Shown: positions 25,195 to 38,600 of the stretch, piece after piece
Numbering within the stretch: the stretch's first letter is position 1
How the letters are laid out: every line of letters begins with the position of its first letter
NCBI RefSeq assembly: GCF_009914755.1
Contig: NC_060927.1
Source: the human T2T-CHM13v2.0 reference genome, Homo sapiens
Strand: one strand, 5' to 3'
DNA length: 64,000 bases
Notes under the pieces: model-generated
What the model was told of the DNA's origin: nothing
Databases searched by the model: none
Seen by the model: the letters and a program-made list of their open reading frames with translations, nothing else
Position numbers and translations under genes: made by a program

Positions 25195-25360
25195 TACTCA
25201 AAGTGAGGTCTTGAATGAAGAGCATCAGGGTGACCTGGGAGCTTTAGAAAAGCTGGATGGCAGGTCCCAGCCCAGAACTACTGAGTCAGAACCCACATTT
25301 TCACAATGCACTTCCCCCTCGGAAGTCCTGTGCACATTGACATCTGAGATTCACTGCCTT
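25195..25360. mobile_element. MER5B-like DNA transposon fragment
   Basis: actcaaagtgaggtc...gacctgggagctttagaaa...ctactgagtcagaac. Confidence 0.6.
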
Positions 25361-25759
25361 GAAGGCCACCACACTCATGCTGTTTCTCTTCCCACTGTTC
25401 AGGCTGGCCCTCATGCCAGCGAGGCCAGTGTGTTAAGACCAGTGTGAGCATCCCAAGAAGAGGAAAGCCCCTGCATCACGGCCCAGACCCTAAGCCCACC
25501 ATGTCAGCTCAGGGGGTGCAGAGTGCCTCTATAGCCTGGTCCCCTTCACTGGGAACCATCATGACTGAGGGCTGGGTGACCTTGTGCTGGTGGTGCAGGG
25601 TGATTTGTGTCCAGGGAACAGGAGGGCACTCCTATCATTGCCACTCGTCTCTCACCCAACGCATATATTCAGATGAAGTCAGGGCAGAGCTGCAGCCACT
25701 GCAGCCTTGAAGGGGAAATTCGCATGACTCATTCACTATTACCACGACCGCTCACAACA

Positions 25760-26215
25760 ATAGCTAACGTTGAATACCCATCTTTGAGTCATCCTACTAT
25801 CAGCTAGCATTTATTTGGGCATCTGGTATGTGCCAGGCACCATGCTCTTTATTCACACTAACCTATTCATCAGCACAACCTCACTACATTGATATATTGT
25901 TCAAGATCACCCAGACTGAAGAGGCAGTGCCAGGATTTGGATCCAGGTATCTGATTCCAAAGACTTCACTCTTAACTCTTACCCTGCTCGTCTTTGAGAA
26001 CTGGCCCATCCAAACATGTTACAGGAGTGAACACAATAGATACAATGTCTGCCTTGTGGTCTAAAAGGAGTCATTCCTGAGCATGTGTGGTGTGCACTGT
26101 ATCATTTATTTACACAGCAACCTTAAAAGGTGAGGATATTATGATCCATATTTGACACATTGAGGTAGGGCTCAGAGAGGCTGAGTCACTTTCCCCAGGG
26201 TCACACAGCTGGGTC
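25760..26215 (-). mobile_element. Tandem MIR fragments
   Basis: atgtgccaggcacc, ggatttggatccaggtatctg, ctcagagaggctgagtcactttccccagggtcacacagct. Confidence 0.7.
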
Positions 26216-26544
26216 TGGGAGGGGTGGAAGGGGTGGATGACAGCTCCAACTTGCCTCTGTGAGAGCTGAAGGGCTCAGGGTGTGTACGTGAGTACTGGGG
26301 CTTTTCCAAACTTCCCTGGCTCCTTGCCAGCTTTCCTCAGCCAGAATTTGGGAGTCCTCAGAACCCCACAGAGGGAAGCTAGCATCTTCTTTGTTACACT
26401 CTGGACTTCCCAGAGGCGGTTTCCCTGCCCCCAACGTGCTGCATGTGACTTGATCTCTCCGAGCCCCTGCTTTCCGGTCCGTAAATGAGATCTTGAGTGG
26501 TCTCATGTATGGTCACTGGCAGGGTCAGTGGGATGCCCAAATAA

Positions 26545-26886
<342 letters not shown>

Positions 26887-27015
26887 TGAAGCCCAGGCCC
26901 CAGAGACACGGTTCCTCTGGCCGCAACCTTTGCTTCCAAGCATCTGAGTAACTAACTGCCCATCAGGGATCAGGGGAAAGAGGCCCTTCCGACACCAGCG
27001 CAATATTCTTCTGCT

Positions 27016-27034
27016 TGGCCACATGAGGGCAGCA
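27016..27034 (+). promoter_or_regulatory. CTCF-like motif (forward)
   Basis: TGGCCACATGAGGGCAGCA, 2 mismatches to TGGCCACCAGAGGGCAGCA. Confidence 0.55.
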
Positions 27035-27211
27035 CACGCCTGTATAAAGCACAGCTCTGGCTACAGCTCCGCCTGGGGATGAGGATGTCACTCAGCTTCC
27101 AGAAGAACCAGCTGAGTTCATGCTTGCAAAGCCACCAGATCTCTGTGCCCTATTGTGCCTACTCGCCTTACTCTGCCCAGTGTCCCTCCTCCCACCGCCC
27201 TTGTTTCACAG

Positions 27212-27235
27212 ATATCATCCAATCCTCTCTCCAAG
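27212..27235 (+). other. Candidate 24-nt exon
   Basis: Pyrimidine tract and cag acceptor, then ATATCATCCAATCCTCTCTCCAAG, then the consensus donor AAG|gtaagt. Confidence 0.3.
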
Positions 27236-27284
27236 GTAAGTGTTTACTTTAAGCGTTAAAGCCATAGGCTAAACAGCCTCCCAT

Positions 27285-27400
27285 CATTTTCCGTTCAGCA
27301 AATATTTACTGTGCACCTGCTTCATGCCAGGCACTATTCCTGGTGCTGGAGACTCAGTAACAAAACAGGCAGAGATCTCTGTCATCACTGAACTCAGTCT
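27285..27400 (-). mobile_element. L2 3' end
   Basis: ttcagcaaatatttactgtgcacctgcttcatgccaggcact. Confidence 0.75.
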
Positions 27401-27431
27401 CATGGAATGTTTGGGCTGCTGTCCCCCATGC

Positions 27432-27760
27432 AACATTTTATTATGTAAAATGTTCAAACATGCAGAAAAGTTGAAAGAATAGCACTCGTGTAATGAACCC
27501 CATAGACCCACCATCTTTATCACATAACTGCCCACTTATTTATCTCCTTATCCGTTCACTCTACTTTTAAATGCATTTCCAAATAAGAAGGAGACATCAC
27601 AATATCTCTGCTTGATATTGTTACCCAGAGGGCAGTTTATTTGTGCCTTTTAAAAGTAAAATCAACATATAGTGTGATGTACAGATCTTAAGTGACCCAT
27701 CAAATGACTATTGACAAGTACACACACTTGTCCACCCAAATAGAATCAAGATAGAAAACA
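27432..27760 (-). mobile_element. Ancient L1M 3' fragments
   Basis: attttattatgtaaaatgttcaaacatgcagaaaagttgaaagaatag; gtacagatcttaagtg. Confidence 0.6.
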
Positions 27761-27774
27761 CTGTTAGCTGCCTT

Positions 27775-28020
27775 TTATTAGCTCTGCAATTTTGGGCTGG
27801 TTATTTAACTTTTCTGGATTAGTTTTCAGAGTTAAAAAAACAAAGTTGTTGAGAGAATTAAATGAAATAATATGTGACAGTGCCTGGGGCACAACAGACA
27901 CATGGGTTAAGCAGTCAGCCTGCCTCAGTGGAGTTCCCACTCCACTATGTTCTGGCTGTGTGACTTTGGACAAGTTGCTTAACCACTCTGAACCTCTGTT
28001 TCCTTCTCGGAAATCAGCCA
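27775..28020 (+). mobile_element. Two MIR fragments
   Basis: gaattaaatgaaataatatgtg; gctgtgtgactttggacaagttgcttaacc. Confidence 0.75.
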
Positions 28021-28969
28021 TAACACTACTTTTTAGCAACATTCTCAACCATGGCTGAAAACTAGAATCATCTGAGGAGCTTCTAAATATTACTAACATT
28101 TCCTAATTATTTGAAAATCTGTAAATATACTTTTGGATTAGAGAATGGTTAGAGTTAACAGAACTGGGTTCCACTAACTTCTGCTAACATGGGTGTCAGC
28201 TCTCTGGGCCTCAGTTTTTCATCTCTAAAATGGCTGCATCATGGGCTTGTTGGGGGGTCTGAGAGGAGGTTGAGAGCTGTGACGTGTTCCACCCTTATTA
28301 GATATCTTTATTTAGAAACATTGGCATCAGAAAGGGCCTTCTAGATCTTAATTGGACAGAATTAGCCATTTTAGAGAAGAGGAACCAAGGCACATGGAAG
28401 AACCAAACTTTTTATCATACCTTAGAAAATTCAATCTGGCCTTGATGATGCCTCATGCCCCAGGGGTACAATGACCCCAAACAGGTCATATCTTACCTTC
28501 CTCAGGCAGCCTCTCCCAATCACACAGGTATCTTTCTCTTTCCTCTCTTGTCTGCTTTATATAGTTAGGAATTTATTAGAAACTCTCGTGTTTTCTACTA
28601 TATAGGAAAAATGAAATTGGTGGCACATCTACCTCCACTACCCATGCCTGCGCCCCAAACAGACATTAATAATGGATTGCTGAACTTTTTCCCACTGAGT
28701 CCATGACTGCCTTAGCTGTCTATCCTACAGAATACTCAAACAGACATAATCAGATAATCACTGTTGAAAGGTTAAATAAAATCTCTTTTGCTATTTTTCT
28801 GAGATGAAATTTAAATAAATATTGGCTGGCAATGTCAGCTGCTTTGTTTCCCCAAATAGAGTATCAATTCTTCAAGGACAGGACCATATATTATCTTCTT
28901 CCATATTCTAACAAATGTTCAAGCATTTTGGAAAGCAGATATCTTTAAGCTACCTTTCCTTGACTGGAG

Positions 28970-29230
28970 AAGCAGTGTGCCATGGTGGGCAGCACAGGGT
29001 CTCTGGAATAGATAATCCTGACTTTTAAACATAGTTCTGCCACTCGCTGGTTGGGTGACCTGGGGCAAAATGACTTCATTTTCTGAGCCCAGTTTTCTCA
29101 TCTACAAAATAGAGGAACATACTTGCCTCTCTTTCAAGAATACTGCAAAGAGTTTGTGAGCCCATGCAGGTAAATCTCCTGGCACAGTGATTGGGACATG
29201 GCAAGTGCTCAGTAAATGACAACTTTGTCA
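28970..29230 (+). mobile_element. MIR (near full length)
   Basis: ctgccactcgctggttgggtgacctggggcaa...cagttttctcatctacaaaat...gtgctcagtaaatg. Confidence 0.85.
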
Positions 29231-32029
29231 TTAGCACAATTGTCAAGGTGGAGGAAGGAGGATGTGAGCTAAGTCTATACAATCATAAGTCAGACTCACT
29301 CACTGGAACCTGACACAAAATAAAAAAGACAGCCATCGGTGCCTGGAACAGGCGAGCACATGATAAGTATGTGTCACTTGCACGGCAATTAATACAGGTA
29401 TTTGCCATTGCAAAGGTAACGCTTTCTGGGACAGAGCTAGATCAAGAAATGTCTGGGTGAATTTGTGCCTGGAGAGCACATGGGACCCTGGAGAGAAGGG
29501 AGTGACGGCCTCACCATGCCAACTAGTCAGAGTAGGGCAGGTATGTCTGGGAAATGACCTGTCTACAGGTGACGGGGAAGAAGGCGAGCCAGGCAGGTGA
29601 GACGGTGTGGAGAGGATGGGGGCTGGTGAGCCAGTGTGTGTCCCAGCAGGTGAGTGGAAGAACACAGCCACTTGTGAGAAGCTGAGGGGCAGAGACCCAG
29701 GCAGGTAGGTGGGAGACATTTGGCACCAACTGCATGTGGAGGTGCAGAGGAAGTTTCCAGGTTTGGGGGCAGGGATGGCAAAGAACAGAAGAGAGAGACA
29801 CTCAGTAGGGGGTTGGGTCTAAGAAGGAGGCTTCATTCAGTTTAGCAGCCAAAGGGAAGTGCAAGGTCAGAAAGCTCTGTCATGCATCCCCCAGAATCAG
29901 CAGTGATCTGGGGGTGGGTGTGCTGTGAAGCCCCCCCGAGGCTGCCCTCAGTGCTATTGAGATGCCCCAGCCCCTGGCTTCCCCAAGCAGCTCCCTCGTG
30001 CTCAGCAGGATGGCACAAACATCACTCACTCTCCTTGTCAGCGGTTGTCACAGCACATTTGTGGCAGCAGCGTTCATCCACGCTTCAGGAAGTCGGTGAG
30101 GCTGGGTGCTTCAGGGGATGGCCAGATTTAGCGATGCCTCATATCCTCGGATGACATCAGGGGACTCACTCCCTGACCAAAGCAGTGGAAAATGGGACTG
30201 GAAAACAAAAAAGAAGGAAGAATAAATCTATTCAAATGCTACCTCCTTGATTGCATGGGGCCTTTTAAATGTGTCCTGAGCAGGGACAGAGAGAGAGGCC
30301 TCAGTTCTCATCCTTAGTTCTGTCATGAAGTAGCTGTGTGTTGCAGAAAATATCAGTCTGGGCTTCAGTCTCTTCACCTGTAAAATGAAGATAATTACAG
30401 CTGCCTGGACAAATGGGGCAAAAACGAGGCTCAGATGGAGAGCACAGACTCATAGGCAGGGGTGACAAGTGCAGGTTCTCTTGGGTGTCGACTCTGCCTG
30501 GTGGTGGCTGCCTGATCCCTGCATTGAGAAGAACGCTGAAGCTGAGGCCAAGCTGAGCCAGAGAGAGTGCTAGGATCGATTAGCTATGCCTGCCTCAGGT
30601 GCCAGATTGGAGGGCGCTCCTGCTATGCTATGTTTGCCATTTCTGTCCTAAATGGTTTTTAGGTATCATTATTATCATTTCTTCTTTACCCAAAGCCAAA
30701 AGCACCCTGAGAAGAGGCCAATGGGCAGGTCTGCACCCAGGAGGCTTTGGTGCTAATCCCACAGCCCTCTTCTTCCTTTTTCTTGGTTTTGTTTATTTTT
30801 TTTTTCCTTTTTCTTCCTTTTTATTTACTTATTTATTTTTTTTCTGGGTAGCACAACCAGGTGAAGGAGACTCAGGTGAGACTTCAGGATGAGGATCAAC
30901 AATGTCAAACTCTGAAAGACAGAAGGAACTGGAAGCCAATGTCAAGTTGGCAGAAGTCAGAGGCAGCAGAAAGAAAGCAGACAGCTGAGCCCAGAGGCAG
31001 AGGGAAGGCGCCTTTCAGTGGGCAGAGGTCAGACACACCTGAGGGCTGGGGGTGGAAGTGAGCATGAGGAAACTCGGCAAGGGAAGCAAACCCTTCCTCT
31101 GCGCACCTGCAAAGAGCCCCAGCTCTGCTGTTGGCGCAGCCCTCTCCAGCTGCACGGCTCAGGGGAGCTACTGCTCTCAGAGCTTCAGTTTCCTCACCTG
31201 CAAAACAGAGGTTGTTGTGAAGGCTAAATGGCACTACGTCATAGCAGTGTCTCATGGCACCCCCCTCCCACCAGCCTTTGGGTCCCAAGGTCGTTCTTGC
31301 AGGCCCAGCCCATTGGCTCCATCTGGGAGACCCAGGGCCAGAGAAGCAGAGTGGGCCCGTGAAAGACAGGAAGGGTGGTCCGGGCCATCAGACATTGACA
31401 GCCTCTCTTGTGCCTGCTCCCAGGCTCTGACCCATTCATCATATCCCTGATTCTAAGTTGCCTGGGATTTAGACCTGTTTCTGCTCCAGGATGTCCAGTC
31501 CCTCTAGAAGCAGCTTGGAGTGGTCTGGGAGCGGGGGACACTCGTGGCTGCTCCTTTGTAGCAGTTCTAGAACTTGCAAGCATGGGACAAAGATGATCAT
31601 GATCATTTCGCTCATCCCTCGGGGCTCTAGCCCCTTCCCGGAGAGTGCTGTCAGGCTCAGGGCCCTGCATTCCAGTCCCGACGGGCCACTTCCTGGCTCA
31701 GAGACCTCCAGCACCACTCTGGGCCTCAGTTTCCTTATCTGTCAGCTCCCTCCCAGCTGGGTGGTCATAGGTCTAAATAAGATCACGTGAATATATGAAA
31801 GTTCTCTGTAAACTGCAAAGTATTAGCTGTACGTTAACCTCTGTCCTCTCTGAAATTCACAACTCACAGAATTACTGGGGGTCTTTTCTAACAGGACAGT
31901 GACAGGGGAGCAGATGGCCCCGGTTCTCTGAGTCACACTGCACGGTCGTCCCACCCCCACAACTGCCTCATTTTCAGCTGCGTCCTCTTCCCTCCACTCC
32001 AGTTCAGAGAGCCTTTCAGTTACCCTAAT

Positions 32030-32310
32030 CACACTACACATTACTTGCAGGCCTCGGAGCCTGTGCTCAAGCCATTCCTTCTGCCGGGAATGACCTTTGC
32101 CTCCCTGCTTGGCAAACTTCTATGCATCCTTCAAGACTCAATGCCGATGACAGTTCCTGCCTGATACCTTCCCAAGGCAAAGGGTGTGCCTCCCTCAATG
32201 GGCTCCCCAGCCTCTATTTTCGAACCAGAGGAGTGAGAACAAACCGAGTTGGCATGACGGACGCACCCCTGCCCCGCACACAGTAGGTGCTTAGCTGATG
32301 TGTGGATTTG
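32030..32310 (+). mobile_element. L2 fragment
   Basis: ttccttctgccgggaatgacc...gcacacagtaggtgcttag. Confidence 0.65.
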
Positions 32311-32544
32311 AACCTGTTGCCTTCCCCTCACTCACCCAGGACTGGTCTTGACATTCAGAGCTCAACTCACATCCGGGGCTGTGTCCAAGCCCTCTATTCT
32401 GTTTGGCTCAGATGGCCCCACGCTCCCTGGGGCAGAGCCGTCCCGAGGCAGCCTCTGCCTTCATGATGCTGTGTCTCTATGTGTTGGGGTGTGTGGCAGT
32501 GGAGGGGCTGTGGTCACAGAGGAGCCAACCAGGAGAGCTGAAGG

Positions 32545-32990
32545 CCGCCCGTAGCCATGGAGACAGGGCCCCCGGGCCAGCCAGGCCCGGGCTGGTCAGT
32601 GAATGAATAAACGTGGCCCATTTTTCTGCTTTTGTCCGGAGCCTCCCTGGGGCTTCCTGCTGTCAGCCCCAGCTGTGGGGAAGGCGGAATTTGCCTGATA
32701 TCGCGGAGCCGCCGCCTGGCAGCGCCGAGCCTGGCCTGGGCCGCTTCACGCCAAGATTCATGCCCGGCTAACAAGCCCCACTTTGTTCCTGTGGGAAAGT
32801 CCAGCCTCTCAGGAAAGAGCCCTCTCTCCGGCCGGCCCCTGGTCTGGGGACTCAGCGAGGCAAACAAAGCCTCCATCCGCTGGCAAGGATTCTCAGGCCC
32901 CGAAGTCCACCTCCGTTCCCCGGCCAGGGGAGGAGCTGCTCTGGGAGGCGGAACTCAAGCGCATCCCTTTGTCCCACTCATCCCGGAGGC
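32545..32990. promoter_or_regulatory. CpG-rich unique element (orphan CGI-like or enhancer)
   Basis: About 26 CpG in roughly 445 bp by hand count; GC-rich and non-repeat. Confidence 0.5.
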
Positions 32991-33759
32991 CTGAGATGCC
33001 ACCTGTCTGGCAGGTCTCCCCCACTGCCCCTGCCTCGCCTCTGGCTACAAAGTGTGGGCTCTGTCAGAGCAGCTGGCCTGGGCTGGGGCACCCAAGGCCT
33101 TGGGGAGCTCGGCCTGGCCCCTGCTCCCTGGAGTTGAGGCCCAATGTACCTGCAGATACGCCCCAGGGACTGGGTGGAGTCCTGATGGCACTGCTGTCCA
33201 GACGGTGACCTTGGCCTCATCACAGCACCTCAGCAGGCTCAGGACAAGGACACTAAGCCCGGCTGCCCCCTCGAGTGTTGGAGTTATCTTCTCTAACCAC
33301 AATGACAAGGAGTGGCCTTATTTAGCACTGGGCCTGTGCTGGGCTCTCCACCGAGGGCATTGCATGGGTGAACCATTGGAGAGGTTCTCCCATTTGTGAG
33401 CTCGGCTCAGACGTCTATAGGGGAGGACAGAAAGGTCACAGGAAGGACGGATGCTGCTCTGGGGTTGGAGCAGAAGGCACTCCGCCCCACCTAGCAAATC
33501 CCCAGCAACGCAGCTTTGGCAGCTGTTATCCTGTAGAAACGTGGGTCCAGCCCTGTCTGATCTTCTGATTGTCTTTCAAGGGAGTTGAACATTTCTATTT
33601 TGATGTGAAATTTCCCAATTTGTAAAAATGTAAAACGAAGCAATATATCGTGGCTGAAAGCCCTCAGAGTCCAAGTTTTGTTATCTGTAAGGGAGGTGTC
33701 AGAAACAGGTGGCCTAGGGACTAGATGCGGCCAGCAAATAGGTTTTATCTGGTCCCCAG

Positions 33760-34010
33760 ATAATTTTACAATAATTTATTATGGAGTCTATGTCATGCAT
33801 TCCAAAGAGGAATATAAAATGTACATGAAAGGCATAAAGAATCATGAAATACATATCCCTGAACCCACCTCCCAGCTGAGAAAATAGACCAACCCCAAGA
33901 CTGCCCCTGCCAGCCCCTCCCCCCGCACCCCAGAGAGGTAACCACTGTGCTGAATTTTGTGTCTACTCTCCCCATGCTTTATATGTAGTTTTATATGTAG
34001 TTTTGTATCA
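33760..34010 (-). mobile_element. L1ME-like 3' fragment
   Basis: cccagagaggtaaccactgtgctgaattttgtg. Confidence 0.6.
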
Positions 34011-34049
34011 GTTAGTGCATTCAAGGCCACACAACACAGCTCTCGCTGA

Positions 34050-34510
34050 CTCCCATCTTTTGGGTCCTTCCAGCAGCAGAGCCTGAGACAAGGGTATGAG
34101 GGCAGGAGATTCCAGAAAACACCAGCTGGGCAGTGGGAAGTGAGACAAGGATAGGAAGGAGGCCCATGAAAGGTGTATTATCAAGTGGTCCCTGAGTGGC
34201 AACTGGAGCTCAGTACTGCTGGGGGCATCTGGGAGACTGGGTAGAGCATGCACCTCAAAGCTATCCTGCCTAATGGACCAGGGAGCTGGGGTATTTATAC
34301 CCCACTCCCATCAGTCACTGGTTCAGGGCTGCTCCCAGGAAGAGCTAATTCTCCAGCATTTCTGGCCTGCTATTTGGAAGGGCAGAGTGGCTCTAGGGCC
34401 AGAGAGAGACCTCAGGAAAGGGATGCAGGGCAGGCAGTGGTAGTCAGGCAGATGTGCACTGAAGGGGTCAGGTGAGGGGCTAGACCAGGACACCACAGTG
34501 TCTGCTACAC
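34050..34510 (-). mobile_element. ERVL solo LTR (LTR33-like)
   Basis: gcagagcctgagacaagg...ggcaactggagctcag...ggagctggggtatttatacc. Confidence 0.75.
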
Positions 34511-35756
34511 TACTTGAGCTGGCTTTGAATCCAGCGGCTGGGCTTCCTACACTATGAAGTCATTTGCCTGCTCAAATTCACCCACCAGAGGTGCTTTCTA
34601 TCCCACACCTACTGAACAAAAATTGTGTATGGGGGGACGTCTAGGCAGTCATGTTTTCTACACAGTCTCACAGCATCTGGATACTCACTGAGGTCACGAG
34701 CCACTGGCCCAGGAGATAAAGTGCATATGCTCAGCCTGTCGTTCAAATCTGCTACCACACTCTGCTCCCACCCTTCCCTTCCCATCCCTGTCCTGCTCCC
34801 TAGGCCACAGTCCCCTCAACCTGCTGGATTGTCTCTCAGAGGAACAGCCAGCCTCAGGAAATGCAACACTTTCAGGGAAGTTCATGTGCACAAATTGCAG
34901 ACTGGTGGGATTTAAGAAATGGCCCAAATTAAGGGTTTCTGAATTACTCCACTTATCTCTTCTTGGCCTTAAGATTGCTTTTTATAAATTGAGATGATGG
35001 AAATGTTTCTTTCTTCCCCTGAGAGGCATAAAGGGAACCAATTCCATTTCATAATCCAAAACATAAGCCTTAATTTTCCATTTCCTCTGCAGCCACAGTA
35101 AAGCTGCTAATCCTTAAACCTGTGCTGATGGTCCCCATGTTGGACGTCAAAGGAATCTATAAGCTTACCCTGCTTCCCTGTGGTTTATCTGAATTGAACC
35201 CTGTACAACAGACATGGGAAGCAAAAGTCTTGAGATTGTTAGGGGCTCCTTTAAGACAAGGGATGTATTTGCACTCTGTTGTGCAACATTTAGTGAGCAA
35301 CTACTATGTGCCTGACACTGCACTGAATCAGGGAGACACAGAGGTGAGTAAGTCCCAACCCCTACCTACAGATGGAGCAGCTGATTACTTTCTTACTATA
35401 CGGTGAGTGGCGAGGTACAAGACGCAGGAGTATGACCCTGATGGTGGTGCTCTGGCCCCATGAGTTACCACGTGATGCAGCAGTCAAGACTTCTCTTTGT
35501 CCTACCCAGGGATGACTCAAGATTGAACCTATGTGGAATACAGCTGAGGCAGTTTCTACATTAGCCTCTTCCTCACTCTTTGCAGGTTCAGTTCTAAAGA
35601 CCACTGGCCCATCTGGACTGTCCTGGACATTCTGTCTGCAGCCTGTCTATTCAGCAGGTGCAAGAAACTGCTACCAATCCACCCCAGCCTCTTCTTGAAT
35701 GTTGACTGCTAGATCAACCCTGTGGACAGCCAATTCCCAGATGGACCATCCCCATA

Positions 35757-35948
35757 GAAGTGGTTCCCAAACCTGGCTGCCCACTGGAATCATGAGGAGG
35801 ATGTGGAGAGCTTTTAGAAAATGCCCATGCTTGTTCTGCCCACAGAGATGGTAAGGATATTGGTCTGGGGTGAATCTTGGCCATCAGGATGGCCTTAAAA
35901 GTTCTGCAGCTGATTCTAACGTACAGCTAAAATGACAAACACTGACCT
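35757..35948. mobile_element. MER5-family DNA transposon
   Basis: agtggttcccaaacctggctgcccactggaatca...tgattctaacgtacagc. Confidence 0.75.
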
Positions 35949-36299
35949 AGAAGGACAAGGCCGTGGCCCCGTGGACTATCTCCTTCTTTAAAATGGACAA
36001 TTCACTAGGTATTAAAGGCTCTGAGACCCTGTAGTAAAGACTCCTGTTTAACTCAGTGTTTCCCAAACTTATTTAACCATGGAACCCTTTCCTCTCTGAA
36101 CAGCTATTGACATCGGAAAAATAGCATTCTGCAGAACACACACTAGGGCATGCTGGGGAAGGAGCACCCACGGAGTCAGGGGTATGTGGAATAAAGAGGT
36201 TTCAGACAAGCAATCCTTTAAGGTGAGAAGGTCCCGGGAGTACTAGAAACAAAAGCTCTATAGAGGCAGAACTCATTCTGACCTTTGCCCATCATGAAG

Positions 36300-36665
36300 A
36301 TTGTATTGTTGATCAAAATATGATGCTCTCTCCATATGCTGACCACTGGCTTGGCCATGTGACTTGCTCTGGCCAATGAAATACAATAATAATGACATTT
36401 ATCCCTTCCGGGTTGAAGCTTTAAAAGCTGTTGCCTGGCACCATTGAGTTCTCTGGTTTCCTTTCATCATGAGACCTCAACATCCCTGATAGGGGCTGCT
36501 CCCTTAACTAAGGTCCCAGGGTAAAGGAGACACAGAACAGAGTACAGCCAATCCCCCATGGACAAGTAACTTCAGCAAGAAAGAAATCTTTGTAGTTGCA
36601 AGCCACTGATATTTGGGGGCTCACTTGTTACCACAGTATAGCATAGCTTTCACTGACCGATGCAC
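36300..36665 (+). mobile_element. MaLR LTR (MLT1H-J-like)
   Basis: ggcttggccatgtgacttgctctggccaatgaaa...aagccactgatatttgggggctcacttgttacc. Confidence 0.8.
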
Positions 36666-38144
36666 TCATGGAAATGGTGCTGGTAACATGCTTGTTCTTG
36701 CCATAAAGCACTAACATTTAGGCTGAGCATTCAGACCATCTCTATCATTTGAATCTTTCCTCTTGAGCATGTATTCCATTAAAAAAGGAAAATGTGTTTC
36801 AAGTTTTACCCTCATAGTGACCCTTGTAGATGAAATCTCTCTTCTGCTCAGGCTGGCAGGGTCAATTGGAAGCTCTAAGTGCATTCTTTGCTCAAATAAG
36901 ACAACAAAATGCCTTTCCTGGAGGAGATGCCTAACCCTTAAAAAGTATTCTTTCAGAGCTTAGATGTGCAGAAGGGAACGCTTTGGGGGACATGACTTTA
37001 AGACCAGTGAATGTTATTTTTGGTATCTGCCCAATACACACAGGCTCTGGGTCACCCACCTGGAGGGGAAATGGCTCAGTCAAAATGTCAAGGCAATAAC
37101 TTCCACAAGACCTTTTGGTTTCCTGCTCTGGGGACAATTAGGCAACAGAGAGTAATGTATATCCAGCTCTAGAAGAGATGTCCAGGAACAGCATGGAGCT
37201 CGGCCTCCCGCTGGTTCACCGAAGTCAGCTGGATTCCCTAAATCTGACCCCTGCTGAAAAACATCTCCCTCACTCAGCCTATCTACCGTGGTGCCTGTGA
37301 TCCCACATTGCTGCCTTATCCCTTGAAGTTTCCCGTAAAGCTCTGTGACGGCGTTTTGCCCAATGGAGGCCAAAAGTGAGCTGCTGACTTGTGAATAGGA
37401 ATGTGTGATTGGCATAAGGTTTGAGGATCAAAAGCGTGGTATTATGGGATGCAAGTGAGCCAGAGGCAGCAGCACATGCTGTTCCTTCTGGGCCCAGGCA
37501 GGGATGAGGCTAAGACGAAAATCAGCCCAACACCACAGACCTGGTCAGGGCTCAGCAACAGGCAAACTGGGATTCAGCGGGTACACACTAGGACACCTGA
37601 GCCTGCAGCTGAAATATGGAAATACTTCCCCCATGTTGTAAATAGCTGCTGTCATTGAGGATTAAAGCTTTAGTGGGGGAGTCCCAGGTGCAGTGACAGG
37701 CAGTAGGAGGGTGCCAGCTACTCCTTGAGGTCCCACTCCCACCCTCCTTACACTCCCATCCATGCAGAAACCAAAAGACATGGAGCTACCTGGTTGCCAT
37801 ACACCTTAAAAGTGATTTGTTTTTTTGCCAGCTGAGAGCAAGGCCCATGGAAACAGAACCTAGCTGGTAGGTTACCAAAAAGTGAAAAAGAGGCACGGGG
37901 GAGGTAGAGGCAAGAAGAGCCCAGAGACAAAATTCTCCAGCTTCTTTATGTGCTGCAGAGCCACAATGCACTCTGAAGAAGAAGGCAGCATCAAGCTGCT
38001 ATTGAGAGCTAGAGAGGAATCTCTTGAATGATTGTATTCAATGGGTTTCCATTGGGACCAGAACTCCTGAAGTCTTCAGGATGAACTGTCTGAGTAAGAG
38101 GTAGGGAGTCTTCATAAAGGACCTAAATACCTAAACAGTGTCCA

Positions 38145-38600
38145 TCATAAATAAAGAGCTCCTGCAAATCAATAAAAAGACAGATATCCCAATAGACATC
38201 TAGGTAAAAGATTCGAACAGGTACTTCACAAAATGGCCAATAAGTATATGTAAGGAGGTTCAACCTCATTACCAATCAGGGAAAGGCAAATTAAAACCAC
38301 TAACATAACATCAAAGTAAAGAAGCCAGACAGCAAACAAACACTACATGCTGTAGGACTTATTCATATACAGTTAAAGAGCAGACTGGTAGAACTCAGGA
38401 TAGTGGTTATGGTTGCTGTGGGCGGGGGCCTCATGACTTGGGGGGGACTTTGGGTCAACAGAGACTCTAAGATGCTGGTGCTAGAAGCTTTTTGACCTGG
38501 GCGCAAGTTTCATGGATGTCTAATGATTAGTTCGTGAAACCTACTGAGCTATCACTTAGGATTGTGCATTTTCCTATATGTCTGTTAAATTTCAGTAAAG
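38145..38600 (+). mobile_element. L1ME-like 3' fragment
   Basis: gagctcctgcaaatcaataaaaag...atggccaataagtatatg...ggcaaattaaaaccac. Confidence 0.7.
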
